A DNA stretch of 64,000 nucleotides from Raillietiella orientalis (lineage: Eukaryota). The position numbers and the translations under genes were made by a program. Positions 33,451-46,084 of this stretch are shown in pieces; position 1 is the stretch's first letter; each line of letters starts with the position of its first letter. The stretch is taken from the NCBI GenBank assembly GCA_036172245.1, contig JAYWIR010000016.1, positions 1,984,001 through 2,048,000 on the forward strand. Reading direction: 5' to 3'. The notes under the pieces were generated by a model. That model ran no database searches. It worked only from the letters and a program-made list of their open reading frames with translations, and was not told the origin of the DNA.

Positions 33451-36400
33451 CCAATCGGGCACCGAGCTGCGAAAGAGGCAGGGGGGAGGGGGAGGAAGGG
33501 GGAAGCTCACCACAGTTGCCGCGCGCGACAGCAAGCGTGCCAGGCCTTCAACGCGTCCCTGCGGTTGAGCCGCTGGCCGCGAGCGGCGGCGTCTCGCAAA
33601 AGCACCCGGACCTGCAGATGCCAGGAGAGGACCGACCTGCGCTCGCGGGGGTTTTGATCCTCCGCGGGATGAGGATGGCCGTCCTCGTCGTCAAGGGGGA
33701 GCTATCGAGTGCCCGGCGCGCACCGCAGGGCCCCTCTTTCGAGAGGACGCAAGGAGCAACCCTTCCTTCCCCGCCCTCCCTCTATCGCCCGCCTCCCTCC
33801 CAACTGCCCACCACCGCGCGCGCGCGTTTCGTTCTCTCTGCGTCGCCTGTTTGACGACCCTTGAGGGAGTCCTTTCCGTCTCCCCAGCGGGAGCGATTTC
33901 TCCCACGAGCGTTTCCATGGCGAAGTGGCCGATCCGTCCCTTCTTGGCCTGGAAGAAAGAGGAGAAGGGGGCGGGGAACGCCGGTTCCGGAAAACCTCTC
34001 CATGCTGCCGCTTGTGCTGCGAAAGGGGGAGACGTTCGCTCGCCACGGAAGGCTTCCCGACCGCTCCTGTGGCGCGTAGGAGAGATCTCGGTATGAACGG
34101 GAAGGGGCGAGGGGTTCGTCGCGCCGAGGCGCATGCGCAGCGGGGAGCGAACGGGGGCCAGAAAAGAGCTCACCAGGGCGAGGTCTCCCGCGACCGTCCG
34201 TGGAATCCGCGCGCCCGCGGCGGCAGCGGAGGCGGCTCTGCTTCCCGGAGGAGGCGCTAGGAAGAGGGTCCTGCAAGCACCGGAAGGCACTTTGGCTGGC
34301 ACCACAGAACCAGACGAACGTTCGCCCGCGCGCTCTTCGCGGCGTGCTGGAAAAGCGCGCACATTCGCGGGGGCGGGCGGGAGAGGCGCCGGGGTAAAGG
34401 AGAGAGCGTGCGCGCGAATGCGCAAGGCCGCCGTCGCCTGCCGCCCCGGCGCTCCGCCTCGGGAAAACTCTGGGCACGCGGCGACGGCGGGTGCGGACGA
34501 GGACGGCCCGCAGGCACGTGGGAGGGTCCGCTGGCAGAGGACACGAAACGATGACGACAGCGCCATCCGCGCGTTGAGGCGTTCGGAAGGAATCGCCACG
34601 CTCCGCGCGCCCGTTTTTTTTTTTTTCTTTTTCTCCTCTCCGCGAATAAATGCGGACATCGACTCGTGGACCGGAAGGTTCGCAAGAAGCGACGAGGCGG
34701 CCAAAGGTCGCAGGAGAGCCGAAGCACCGGAGGGAGGGAACAAGATGGACCCGTTCTCTCCGTGGGTCGCCGACCTGCGCGTTTCCTTCCTTGCCGGGAA
34801 GCGCAGCGTCCGCCCCACCCGTCCGGTTCGAGTCCCGCGTCGGAGGCGCTTCCCTCCGCACCCTCCTTCCGTTCCCTTGGCCCGGTGGAGGGCACGGGTG
34901 GGGGACGGTGAGGGGCGGGAAGCGGCAGAGGGTAGTCTGCACCGTCGCAGACGCAAGCGTTCCGTTCGAGGATGCCCTCTGCCCGATCCTCGTTCCGAAG
35001 TCCTCTCGCGGGTGGAGTCAACGCAACTGAGACCAAAAAGGATTTTCCCATAATCATTGTCGTCGTTGCCATCACAAGAAGAGGGGTAGTAGAGCTCCAT
35101 CGGGTGCTTTATCCAGGCGTGGCTCGAGGAGGTCATCCCTTAGGAGAAGTGTTCTGTCGGGCGCAAGGGCGAGTCAGAGGCGTCTAGGTCGCTGCCGGGC
35201 CGTGAGGTTTGGAAGGGGTCAGGAAGGCTGCTTTCCTCCTTTGCTTTCCTTTTTCGCCCTCCTGCGGCTCCGAGGGAGAAGAGCAAACAGCGCGTGCGCG
35301 AACCACCCGCGTTCCCTCATGCCGGGAACATCCGTCCGCCTACGCCTCCATCCATCCATCCCACTTTCCACTCTTCCTGTCTTCGGGAGGCGCAACTCCT
35401 CATTCCCGTTCCCTCCTTCGCTGACCTCGAGCGCGCGGAGCTCCCTGAAGAAAACATCGGCTCTGCTGTTCCCTCTTCCCTTCCCTTCCCCTGTCCCCCA
35501 CGTTCACGCGACATTCTCTCGGCTCCAGCGTGGGGGAGAGGTCACGAGGATGCCTTCGCTCCCATTCCGACCCACCTATCGCTCCATCCGCCCGATGGAT
35601 TCGCCCTCTTCCCCCATCTCCCACTTCCTCGCTTTCCCAAACCCTCTACCTCTTCCAGCCATCACTCAGGGAGAAGATCGCTTCCGGGGCCGTGGTGCTC
35701 CACCCCCTTGCCGAGCCTCCTCTTCAGGTAGTCAGTGCGTTGGGGAGCCTCCGAAAGCCACGCATTCCGGTTTCAAGGCCGGAGAGGCTCCCCCTCTCTC
35801 ACCCTGCCCCTCCCCCCCCATATTCCTCGTGTAGGCGGAGAAGATCCCCAAGCTTGGAGAGGCAGCCATCGCTGACCTTTTTGCCGCCCCTTCCGCGCGG
35901 TCGGGGGGGCGGAAGAAGCTCCTCGCCTGCCGAAAAACGGATCGACCTCCTCCCTGATCTCCTGGGAGGAGAGTCAATCCCAGGTCCGGTTTCTGAGAAT
36001 TCCCGCTCCTCGAGGGACGGGAATCCTCGGGGTTGACGTCACCCGGCAACCTGGAGAACGGCCAATTAAAGCGAACCATTCATCACTGCTTGCGGGGGAG
36101 GAGAAGCAACGGGGCGGTCGATCCGCGTGAGGAGTGTTCCAGGAAGAGGAAGTCCCGCGGAACCGCTCGTGGGATCTCGCGAAGTCCCCAGTCCCCCTGC
36201 AGTAGTATGTTGAGGAGACCAGCTGCTGTTGCTGCTGCTGCTGCCGTTGATCGGAACAGTCGGGGGAAAGCTGGCCGCTGACTGTCGCCATGAAGACGCC
36301 CTCCTCCTCCCTCACGGAAAGTTATCCCGGGTTCCGCGTCAGGGTCCTGGAGCGGATGCAGGGGAATCTCGCATCGCCAGCCCTGCAAAGGACGCAGAAC

Positions 36401-37716
36401 CCGGGGCTGCTCCACTCCCTCCCTCGAGCAGGGGGAAGGCGATCCTCGTGTCTCCCTGGACCGGAGCGAGGGACCTCAGGGGAGTCCCAGCTGCGGACGA
36501 GACCGCCTTCTGTTTCGGGACGGCATGGATGAGGTGGAAGAAAGAAAGGAGGGAGATGGCGATAAGGGGAGGGAGAGGCGAGCTTGCTTCCTCCTCCTAC
36601 CTTCCCCGTCTTACTCCCCCTTCCCTTTCTCGCGCGGTGGTGAGGGGGAAGGGACGCCAAACTCGGCCCCTGCTCCCCGCGGATCCTTCGCTCCAGGTTC
36701 AGCGCCGTGCCTCCGAGTATCCAGGAGCATCCCACAAGGCGATTCCTCGTTCACACCCAGTCGGGAGTCCACGGGCGCGAGTCGGGGAAAGGAGGGAGAG
36801 GGGAAGGGGAAATGGGAGGAAAGCTCCTTCTTTGGCGGGTGGAGCAGCTCTCCCCACGGCGCCTCCGCACGCTCGACACGCACAGTTTCGTGAATTCCCC
36901 GCGGAGCGCTCCCGGACTTCTCAACGTCTGCCCGGAGATGCGCGCCACACAGGCGCCGGCCATGAGAAAGGGGAGTCTCCCCTCCCTTTCCTCATGGCTC
37001 CTCCGTGGCGGCACCTACGGAGGTCGGGAGGTGCACTTCCGGCGGTCGCTTTCACCTCGGGAGAAAGAGCGCCTTCAGGACTCGCCAATGCGGAGTCCAG
37101 AGGAAGCCGGACATAAGGGAACTCCCTCCCCTCTTCCCCTCTCCCTTGACTTCTCGACAGCCATCCGGGACGAGCACCCGACCTTCCATCCGGAAGGTCG
37201 GGGCGACGAGACCCTCCTCCTGGGGAGGGGTCCAACCCTCGTCTTTCACCTTCCAAGGGTCAGGCTGGGGGAGGAGGAAGTGGGCGAGCCGGCAAACGCT
37301 GCTCCTGACCTCCAGCAGATGCTCCTCCTCGAGCCCCTTTCCGGGAAGGAGGGCCGAAGAAAATCGGGGGAAGGGTCGCACGGAAGGAAGAATCCGGCGG
37401 ACGACTGCCAGATGGCGTGCGGCATCGGTCCTAGAAATAGACGTTCCCGCAAGCAGCAGCTCGTCGGTGGGCGCGTGGCATCGATCTGTTCCCAGGCCAT
37501 TCTGATCCGGGAAGCTGGAGCCGGATCAGAATGGTGTTCCTCCCGCCCGAGGACGATGGGAATGGCAGGAGGAGGCGCTTTCTCGTCCTTCGTGTGTGTC
37601 CCACCTACGCGCTGGTCTTTGAGGGAATCGGGACACGGTCTCAGGAGACCAAAGGATTCACGGGGAGGATGGGCGGAGGAGTATGAATGAGGTCTGCAGC
37701 GCTGGCGTGTTGTGGA

Positions 37717-37866
37717 AAAGAGGGAGGAGAAGGAGGAAGGGAAGAGGAGGAGAAGGAGGGAGAGGGAGGAAGGAAGAGGAAGAAGATAAGAAGAGGAAAG
37801 GCAGAAACAGAAGAAGAAGAGGAGGAAAGGAAGGAAGAGGAGGAGAAAGAGAAACAGAGGAGGAAT
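37717..37866. repeat. Polypurine (GGA/GAA) low-complexity tract
   Basis: About 150 bp composed almost entirely of A and G. Confidence 0.9.
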
Positions 37867-39720
37867 GGATTGTTGACGATTGCTGACGTTGGTGATGAAG
37901 AGCAGCAAGAGGAACCATGCTGGAAAGGGAGGCTTACGGTCGTCGTTTGCCTTGAGGATCGATACTCGAGTTTCTTTTTCTCTTTGATATCCCGACCTCT
38001 GTTTCTCAGAATTCGGTATCTTTTTGCGCCAGTCGGGCATCCCTCGGTTTGCCTTGTGCTCTGGGATGCAAGGTGCGCGGATGCTGAACGTGCTCTCCGC
38101 TTGGAGATCTCAGACGGTTGGGCCGGTCATTACCCCAGGGAGGTCGTACCCCACAACCGTCGACGGCAGGGAATGACCCGCCGCCTTTCCTGGGAAGGGC
38201 GGCTGTCCCCCTGGACGTCTCCTCTCCGTTCCAGGCCATCCCGCGATCTCCCTACGCCGCGGCAAGGAGGTTGTTTGGCGCGATGGGTTCTCCTGAAGAA
38301 ACCGCGGCGTTTGGGATCCACGTGACATTCTCCTGGGACGCTCCCGTGCTCGATGTATCAGATCGCCAGGCCAGAATCTGCTAGGAGATAGGAAGATTCC
38401 CACTTCTTATCTCTCGAGGAGAGGAAGCGAAAGCAGAAATGGAAGAACAGATGAGAATTTGCTGCAGTTTCTGGGAGAGCAACTCTTCCCTCCTTCCTCT
38501 CTCTCTCCCGATTCCTGAAGTTCCGCTATACCCCCAATCGTTCCGGCACCTTCCTGTCTCCCCCCCTTTTTTCCTATTTAGACTGGAGCAAGGCAGGGAT
38601 CCGATTTACCTTGAGGATCAATACTCGAAGCACCGCCGCGCGCTTCCGGAGGTGAGAGCTGGCGAGGGCGAGGTGCGCGGCGTCACCAAGCCCCGAAGTT
38701 GGAGCCCTGCCGGGCCAGAGTCGCCGGGGGCACTCTGGGGCGCTCGCGGGGCAGGGAATTGAGAGGAGGGTCCCGTTCACGGCGCATGTACCCCAGGCAC
38801 GCCTCCTCCTCCTTGCGGGACAGCAGCCGTCCTTCGCTCCCGCCGTTCTTCCCGTCGCGGACGACACTGGCCCCGGGAGGGTTCCAGCCTGGGGCTGGCT
38901 TCGCGAGCGTCAGTCACGGGAACTGGAGGAGTCAAATCCCGGGAGGGTAACGTTTCTCATCGGTCTCGGGAGGTGCGGGAAAGCGGTCTAGATCCTAGCG
39001 TCTCCAGAGGGATCGCTCGGTCAGCGTGCCGCCAACCCGCGAACTGTAAAACGGGCGCGCTTTCTCCTTCGTCGAGAGGACCAGGAGCAGTCCCGGGGGA
39101 GGAGGGGTGTGGCTTCATCTTCCTCTTTTCCTCCGGACGGTGAACGCGTGGATGCGAAGAGGAGAGGGAAGAATGGGGACGACAGTCAAGTGAAGTTTCC
39201 CTCCACCTCCTCCCTGCCCTCAGTTTCTTCTTTACCTACCTTCCCATGCACTCACGATCCCTCCCTCTCGCTCGGTTTTCTGTGGAACTGAGAGAGAAGG
39301 GAGGGGGGCAGCAAAGGGGGGGGGGGAGAGAAACCATCCCGGAAGGACAGGATCGATCCTCGGTCCCCCGGCGCTCCTGCCGGTGCACACTCGCCTCGTC
39401 TCCTCCTTCCACCCCCACTCACCCTCCGCAGATCGCCCTCGGTACGGACCGCGCGCCTCCACCAGGGCCGCCCGCCCCTCCGCGGATCGGCAGCGCGCCG
39501 TCTCCCGCGACGACGGCTGGGACAGCAGGGAAGTCGGGGAGCGCGCGCCGCGCCGGGAGTCTCCCTCTCGCCGCTGCCGCTGCCGCCACCGCCGCTGCTC
39601 CGGGTGTGCGAAGAGGAGGGAGCGCGGACGGTCCCGCAGGAAAGGAAGAAGCTTGGCCCTTCCCCGCGCGTCCCTACTCCCTCCCTCCCCCTTGCCCTCC
39701 CTCCCTTCCGTTCCTCTACG

Positions 39721-39888
39721 ATGTCCAACATCGCCCAGCTTACTCGACGCCAAAGCTCCAAGGAGCTCCATCCCCAGAAGTCCCTGGACAAGCTGGAGTT
39801 GCAGGATGTCCACGCAAAGCTAGTTCAGGAGACGGATGGCGCCGTCGCCTACGGAACCTCCAACCCGTGCTTCCAGCCCGCCGCCCCG
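39721..39888 (+). CDS. SLC6 neutral amino acid transporter (B0AT2/B0AT3-like), coding exon 1
   Basis: MSNIAQLTRRQSSKELHPQKSLDKLEL...YGTSNPCF|gtaggt resembles the N-terminus I recall for arthropod B0AT3-like transporters (RRQSS..L..QKS.D.LE...YG..N..F); phase 0. Confidence 0.75.
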
Positions 39889-42800
39889 GTAGGTCTTCGC
39901 TGGTGGACGGTGGGAAGGGAGGGAGGGGGGGGCTGCGAAGGCGCATCCCTCCCGCAGACGAAGAGACGTCCCTCCAGGAGGAGAGGGGGAGGGGAGGCCT
40001 CCGCGTTCCCCCCTTTCCCTCTCCCCATCCGGGACCTGATTTCGGGGAGGAAAAGGAGGGAGGGGAGGGGAACCACCAGCCCCCCCCCCCTCCCTCCATT
40101 CACCCAGAGTTTCCTGGAGACGGAAGGGTGGAGCGAGAGGAGAAGGAAAGAGTTGGCACGTGGGGGGAGGAGAATGGGTTTCCTGGGTAACGACGATGGG
40201 AACGCGCGCTTTCTCCTGGACAGGGCGCGACGCGGTCGCCACCGCTGCACAACTGCCAGGCGTGGGAGGTCTGAGAGCAGCGACCTCGCGTCTGCCCCAG
40301 CGCTCGGGTCTTTCCCTCGCACCGACCTTGCCCGTTGCCGGAACAACCCCTTCACCGTATCTCAGAAGGCGGAACTCCGTCCCTCCCGTAACCGGGAGGC
40401 GAGAGCTCCCCAGAATCCTTTCCCGTTCTCCGAGTTAAGAAAGAGAAAAGACGGGTGGGGAGGTTGAGAAGGGAGAAATCACTTCGGATCGCCCCTTCCT
40501 CCCACCCCTTCATCTTTCCGGGAATTCCGGAATTCAGGCGCACAGCCACTCCTCCCAGATTTTCGTCCCCCTCCCTCATTCCTGCATCCGTAGCACCGAG
40601 GATCGGCGGTCCTCCGAGAAGCGCCACTCTGGACCCTCCTCCCTCCTTGGGGTTTTCGGGAGAGGAAATGAATCCCCCTTCGCGGTGCTCCTATCCTCCT
40701 CCTTCACTCCGATGTCATCCCTCCATCCCGTCGTCTCGTCCCTCTTGGGGCTGCGGCTCCCTACCCTTTGACTCTGACGCTGGCTCCCCTCAAGTCAGCC
40801 AAGGAGCCTTCGCAGGCTGCGTCCTTCCATCCTTGGAGACCCCCTCGACAGCACGCTGCCAGGTCTTCCCGCCTCCTTCCGGGGCGCTACGCCCCGGTCC
40901 ACAGCGCCACCCTGACGGGAATCCCTCCCTCCCTGGCTGTTTACCGATCCGTCGTCCCCTACGGCCTCTCAGTCTCGATGTCCCCCTAAGGGGGGGCGAG
41001 CCCTCCGAGACCCTTTGACGGCCAGGTCTCAAGGGGGTAAAGGGCGAGGGGCTCCAGCAGTGGCCCTCCCGTGAGAGGTCGCATTCCACCTTTTGCTGGC
41101 CTCCGCCGTGCCCTTCCTGGATGTTTCTGCTCGTTCCCTTGAGGGAGGGCCGAAGCTGAGCCCCCGTCACGGGGGAGTTCAGACTCGGGGACCCCGCTTC
41201 CCTCCTAGGCGGGGTGGGAGCCGTGCGGCCGCCAGGATGAGGCGGTCGAGCCGATGATGAGTGAGGCCGCCGAGGGGTGCGGCGGGACAACAGAGGGAGG
41301 GCGGAGAGGAAGTAAGAAGGGAAGGACGAGGACTAGCCGGGAGGGTTGGAAAACGGGAGGGAGGAGTCGTTCCTTTCCTCTCCTTCTCCGAATGGGGGTG
41401 AAGGAGGAACCACGAGGAGGGAGAAGGGTTCTGACCCAGGGTCGTCATTCCTTCTGCTGGTGGGAGCCACCGATCAGGAGGACGAACTGCCACGGCAGCT
41501 CCATACTCTCTCTCCGGCGCCCGTTTCTAGGACGACGCGGCGCGCCCACTCCGGCGGAAAGCGCTAGGCTGAGGGATCTCAGCGCCCCTTCTCCCTCCGA
41601 CGAAGATCCATTACTCCTCCCTTCCCCAGCTACCGTCCCAACTTCTGGGAGGGGTGTGAACGGTTCGCGCCTCTTACAGGGATTAATGGGCATGCCCGCT
41701 TGCACCCCGGGATCGGTGGAGCCCTCATTCCTTCCTTCTTCCCAAGACGGGACCACCCTCTGAGGAGACCTCCCTCCGAATTGACCGCCGCAACCCGTTG
41801 GAGGGATGCAGGAAGAACGGGACTCGGATCAGTAGTCGCCTCTTCCGGAGCGTCTTTCGGGCTCTCCCGTCCGAGAAGAGTGGCGCGACCACTTCTGCTT
41901 CCTGCCCCTCATTTTTCAGATGGGTGGAGGGAAGAGTAGACGAAAGGGAGAGAGGAAGGGGATCCGGGGGTTAAGTTGCCTTACAAATAGCAGTGCCTTA
42001 ACCTAATGTGTGTTCCATCCTTGCATGGGGAGTGCTAACCTTCTCTCCTTTTCTACTACGAGGAAGGAGAGCCGGGGGCGGTCCCAACCCTTCCCCTTCT
42101 CCTTTTTCCTTCTCCCCTCGAGACAGCAGGCACCTGAAGTTTCGGAGGCAGCGGCGTCGCAGTTGGCAAGCTGCGTCATCTCGCGTGTGGGGGAGGAACG
42201 GAGGCGACCCCTTCGTCATCCGTTGCAGTAGAAAACGAAAGTGAAAAGAGAGATGGGGGAAGGGGGGAGGATCACGGCGGTTGCGACGCGGTTTTCAGGT
42301 TCCCGGTGCTAATTTCCCTGCGAAGGCCACTGCAGCTCCGCCCTCTGCATGGGTGCGGATTGCCGCAGCATAGTTCCACAAGACGATCCTAGATGCCACT
42401 TGCAAGCACCCTTCCTGAAAACGGTGCGCCAGCCTTGCTGCACCCCAACCTCCCTACTTTTCCCTGAAGAAGAGACTCTCCTCCTTCACACCCTGATTCT
42501 CTACCCCCTTCTACGCATGATACCCAACTCCGAGTACTTCTTCCAAGGTGGCAGGAGGGCGACTCCCTGTACTTTCCCGGGAAGGAAGGTTGTCCGTTCT
42601 TCCTCCTACCATCATCTCCTCCTTCTGCTAGGGTGCTCCTTGTGCTCCAGAAAACTGCCTATCCTTCCTTCCTCCACGGATGCGGCAGCCAATCCTCACG
42701 GGGAGGAGTGAAAGAGAGTGCACGGGAAGAAGATGAGGGAAGAGAAGAATGAAGACATTGAGATTTACCCCCCACTCCCCAACAAACACGTTCCCGCGAC

Positions 42801-43926
42801 CACCCTCGCCCCCTCACTACGGGTCGCTACCCGCGAATCCTCCCCAGTGGAACTTCGAAGCGGCAGGGAGCCACCCCAGAGGGAGCTTCCAGGCTCCTTC
42901 TCCATCGAAGTCCCTCCGTGACGGGGCATCCCTCCCGCGTCTCCCCGATGGACCCTGCAGCACATCACGTCCCTCGAGGATGGGCCCTCCCTTGTGGAAC
43001 GCTGTGGAGAAGTCGGCTTTCTCCAGGAGGGCAGCGTCCCCCTCGATCCTGAGGCAGCGCTCCTCGAGGCCAGCAGGCGAACTAGCCGGCGAGCCCGGTA
43101 GCGCTTCCTTCCCCCCCCCCCCCCTCCTTCCCCTTGAGCCCCGCCTCTTTCCTGAGCGCTCCCTCTTCCTGGGATTCCTCCCGCAGATGCCGCATGGCGA
43201 GCTCTCGTCTCCCTTCCAGGAAAACTTCGGGGGATGCCTGACGAACGGCGCGACAGGGATGGGGAAATCTCCTCTGGACGGCCCTCCTGCAGTCGTCGCG
43301 GTAGAGAGAGGGGGGAATGAAATCCCTGATTGCAGGAATTTTATCTCCCGAGGGAGAAAGGGGAGGGCGAAGGCCCCCCTCCCGTTTCCCTGGACCATTG
43401 AACTGATCCCTCGCGGAGGTGGCAGGGGTAGCGCGCGTCCGGAAGGAATGGGGAAGTCTATCGCTGCAGGCTCCCGAACAGCGGAACTGGGACCTTTCAG
43501 GGGCATGCCGGGAGAGGGCACAGGGGGTGCAGCAGGGTCTCTCGGAGCTGCTGCACCCCTGCGCCGGAAGGCAGCAGCTCGTCTGTCCTCTCCAGTCGGG
43601 TGATGCCGCCACCACGTGGGGCACACCCGTGACCGTGACCGCAGGTGTGCCGCAAAGTGGAGTCCAGCTCGCGCTTCCTGTGGGAGGCGACCGCAACAAC
43701 CCTCCCTCTCCCCCTCACAATCGCACCCTCGCTCACCCCGCCGCAGCACTGCACCCTTCCTCCACCCCCAAGCAGCCCGCCGCGGCGCTCGAGCGGATCC
43801 CGTCCTCGCAGAATCCCCACCCACCCCTTCCCGCTGCTATCGCCCTCTTTCCGGGGCACACTGGAGGCGCCTCTCTCGACGAAACAGTCGGAAAAGCGGA
43901 GGAGGGGAGGGGGGCAGAATAATTAT

Positions 43927-44213
43927 ACTCATAAAACTAGGCATACTACCATTTCATTATTGACTATTGCCCATCATTAACAACTCCTCATGACTATCAA
44001 CCAAAATTCTCCTATCCTGACAAAAACTATCCTGCCCCCATATTCATCATCTCCCTCTCACCATGAATGTGTGTGTTTCTTTTTTGTAGGAGTAGGATGC
44101 ATCTAAGCGTGTTGATGGAGTAGATAGTTAAGTATGTAAATTATATTGTGGAAGATGCATTTATTGTGGAGGTTATTCACGCTATGTGGGAAATAGATGA
44201 ATAGGTTATGAGT
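43927..44213. mobile_element. AT-rich MITE/foldback-like insertion in SLC6 intron 1
   Basis: Abrupt AT-rich island with 8-bp terminal inverted match actcataa...ttatgagt plus partial extension. Left half is A/C-rich, right half T/G-rich. Confidence 0.45.
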
Positions 44214-44274
44214 CGACTCGAGTGGCGTCCGCCGCGTCTCCTCTGACTTCCTCTCCGGGTGATTTCTTTTGCAG

Positions 44275-44452
44275 GAGGAGGAGCAGTGCGTCTCCTCGTC
44301 GAGGAAGGATCTGGCGGCGTTCGAAAACCTCTGCGACTCTGGGAGGGAGTCCTGGGATAGCAAGCTGCAGTTTCTGCTGGCCACCATCGGCTATGCTGTG
44401 GGCCTGGGCAACATCTGGAGGTTCCCCTACCTGGCACAGAAGAATGGAGGAG
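44275..44452 (+). CDS. SLC6 transporter, coding exon 2 (TM1)
   Basis: ttgcag|...[36 protein letters not shown](G)|gttagt; SNF family signature. Confidence 0.97.
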
Positions 44453-45021
44453 GTTAGTGCTCCAGGGAGGGAGGGAAGACGGGAGGGCGGTCCGCATGGG
44501 GGCGGCGTCAACCGCCTCCAAGGAGGAGCTCGCGGACCCTGGCATCGTCCTGAAGAGTGGGGAGGTGCAGGAGTAGGGAGAGAACGTCCGGAGGGAAGGG
44601 GGAGAAAGAATTGATCTCGGCTCCCCTCTCTGACTTCCGCAGCATCTCTAATCCTCGGCAGCGCCCGCTGCTGCATGATGGAGGAGGAAGACAATAGTTG
44701 TCTCCCCAGATGCTTCTTATCTCTTTCTTCCTCCTCCTCCTGTGCGAAGGACCTCAGCAGGACCGGAGAGACTTTTCGCCTCCCCTGCGCTCTCCTCCAA
44801 TGAAGGAGGGAGAAATGCTATGGAGAAAGGGATAGCTGAGATATAAAGATAGCGGAGGTGCCAGTGACTCGCAGAGAGGAGTCTTCAGCTGAGGACGAAG
44901 AGTTCAGGACGCTCCATGCCAACGGGCGAGGACGAGCTCCTCGTCTGCTCCTCCTCTTTTCTTCTTCTTTCCCTTCCCCTCCTCCTCCCCTAGGTGTCCT
45001 CTATAGTCCTCTTTTTTCCAG

Positions 45022-45245
45022 GCGCATTCCTCATCCCGTACTTCACGATGCTGTTCCTCGAAGGCATCCCAATCTTCTACCTGGAGCTCGCCATAGGGCA
45101 GAGACTCCGCAAGGGTGCCATTGGCGTGTGGAGCCAGGTGTCCCCGTACCTCACAGGGATCGGCGTCGCCAGCGCCGTCGTGTCCTTCAACGTCTCCCTC
45201 TACTACAACGTCGTCATTGCCTGGTGCCTCTATTACTTGTCCCAG
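45022..45245 (+). CDS. SLC6 transporter, coding exon 3 (TM2-3)
   Basis: ttccag|AFLIPYFTMLFLEGIPIFYLELAIGQRLRKGAIGVW...YYNVVIAWCLYYLSQ|gtgagc. Confidence 0.97.
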
Positions 45246-46000
45246 GTGAGCAGACCGGTTCCCCCTTCCTCCCCTTCCTGTTCCCACGGGAGCGAAAGGC
45301 ACCTCTGCGTATAAGATCTGACCAGGATGGACCTATGGAAGCGGGGAAGGGGAGGAAACGGGACGAGGGACGAACGAGGTTGGTGCAAGCAGGAGGTGGA
45401 GGAAAAAAGGGAGGGGGGGGGCAAGACATGTGGCAGGAGGGGGTGGGGAGCAGCGCAACGAACAACCAACAAGGTGAGGAAAAGGCAGGATAAGGGGGGA
45501 GAGAAAGAAGGGGCTGCCGGGAGAGAAGGAAACGGGATGAGTGGGCATGGAGATAAGGGGCAGGACGGACGGGATGGAGCGCAGGGGCGCAAAAATGGGA
45601 TGAAAGGAAATGAACCAACAAGGAGTCAACGGAGAATGCGAGTGAAGATGGAAGGATGGAAGGGAGGAATGGGGGAAGGAGGGAGGAAGAAGAGAGTCCG
45701 TTCCCAGGAAGGGATTCCCTCCATCTTTCCCCTCACTTTCCCGTCCTCTTCTTCCTTGCTCCTCCACTCGATTGCCCTCAGGATCAGAGGGGAGGCGCTT
45801 CCGTGGACGCCCGGGGGGTGGAAGGGAAGCTACGCAGTCGATCAGAAGAGGGGTTCATGGGGTGAGCCTTCGAGCGTTGGTTATCTCGCGGAGGAACCCC
45901 TCGGGAGCCTTACTGCAGAGCGAAAGAAGTAGAGCGGGGGCGAGCAGGCGAGCTTCCCGCCCCGGATCCTCTTGTGTACACTGTCTTCCTCTATCCCCAG

Positions 46001-46084
46001 AGCTTCCGGAGTCCCCTCCCTTGGGCCAGCTGCCCCAACCTCTACTTCGAGAACGGATCCTACGCCGTGGACCAGGAATGTGAA
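46001..46084 (+). CDS. SLC6 transporter, coding exon 4 (EL2)
   Basis: ccccag|SFRSPLPWASCPNLYFENGSYAVDQECE|gtaagc; LPW..C motif. Confidence 0.93.

Noticed and set aside
33691..35136. 481-aa ORF, and similar 250-400 aa ORFs such as 10924-12123, 30845-32038, 42817-43824 and 53217-54371
   Set aside because: Arg/Pro/Gly/Ser-rich, open in several overlapping frames and without domain motifs, as expected from stop-codon scarcity in GC-rich DNA. The 30845 ORF overlaps the real IRAK4 exon 1 on the opposite strand.
36220..36246. CAG/CTG run giving poly-Q or poly-A in ORFs
   Set aside because: Short microsatellite in intergenic DNA with no exon evidence.
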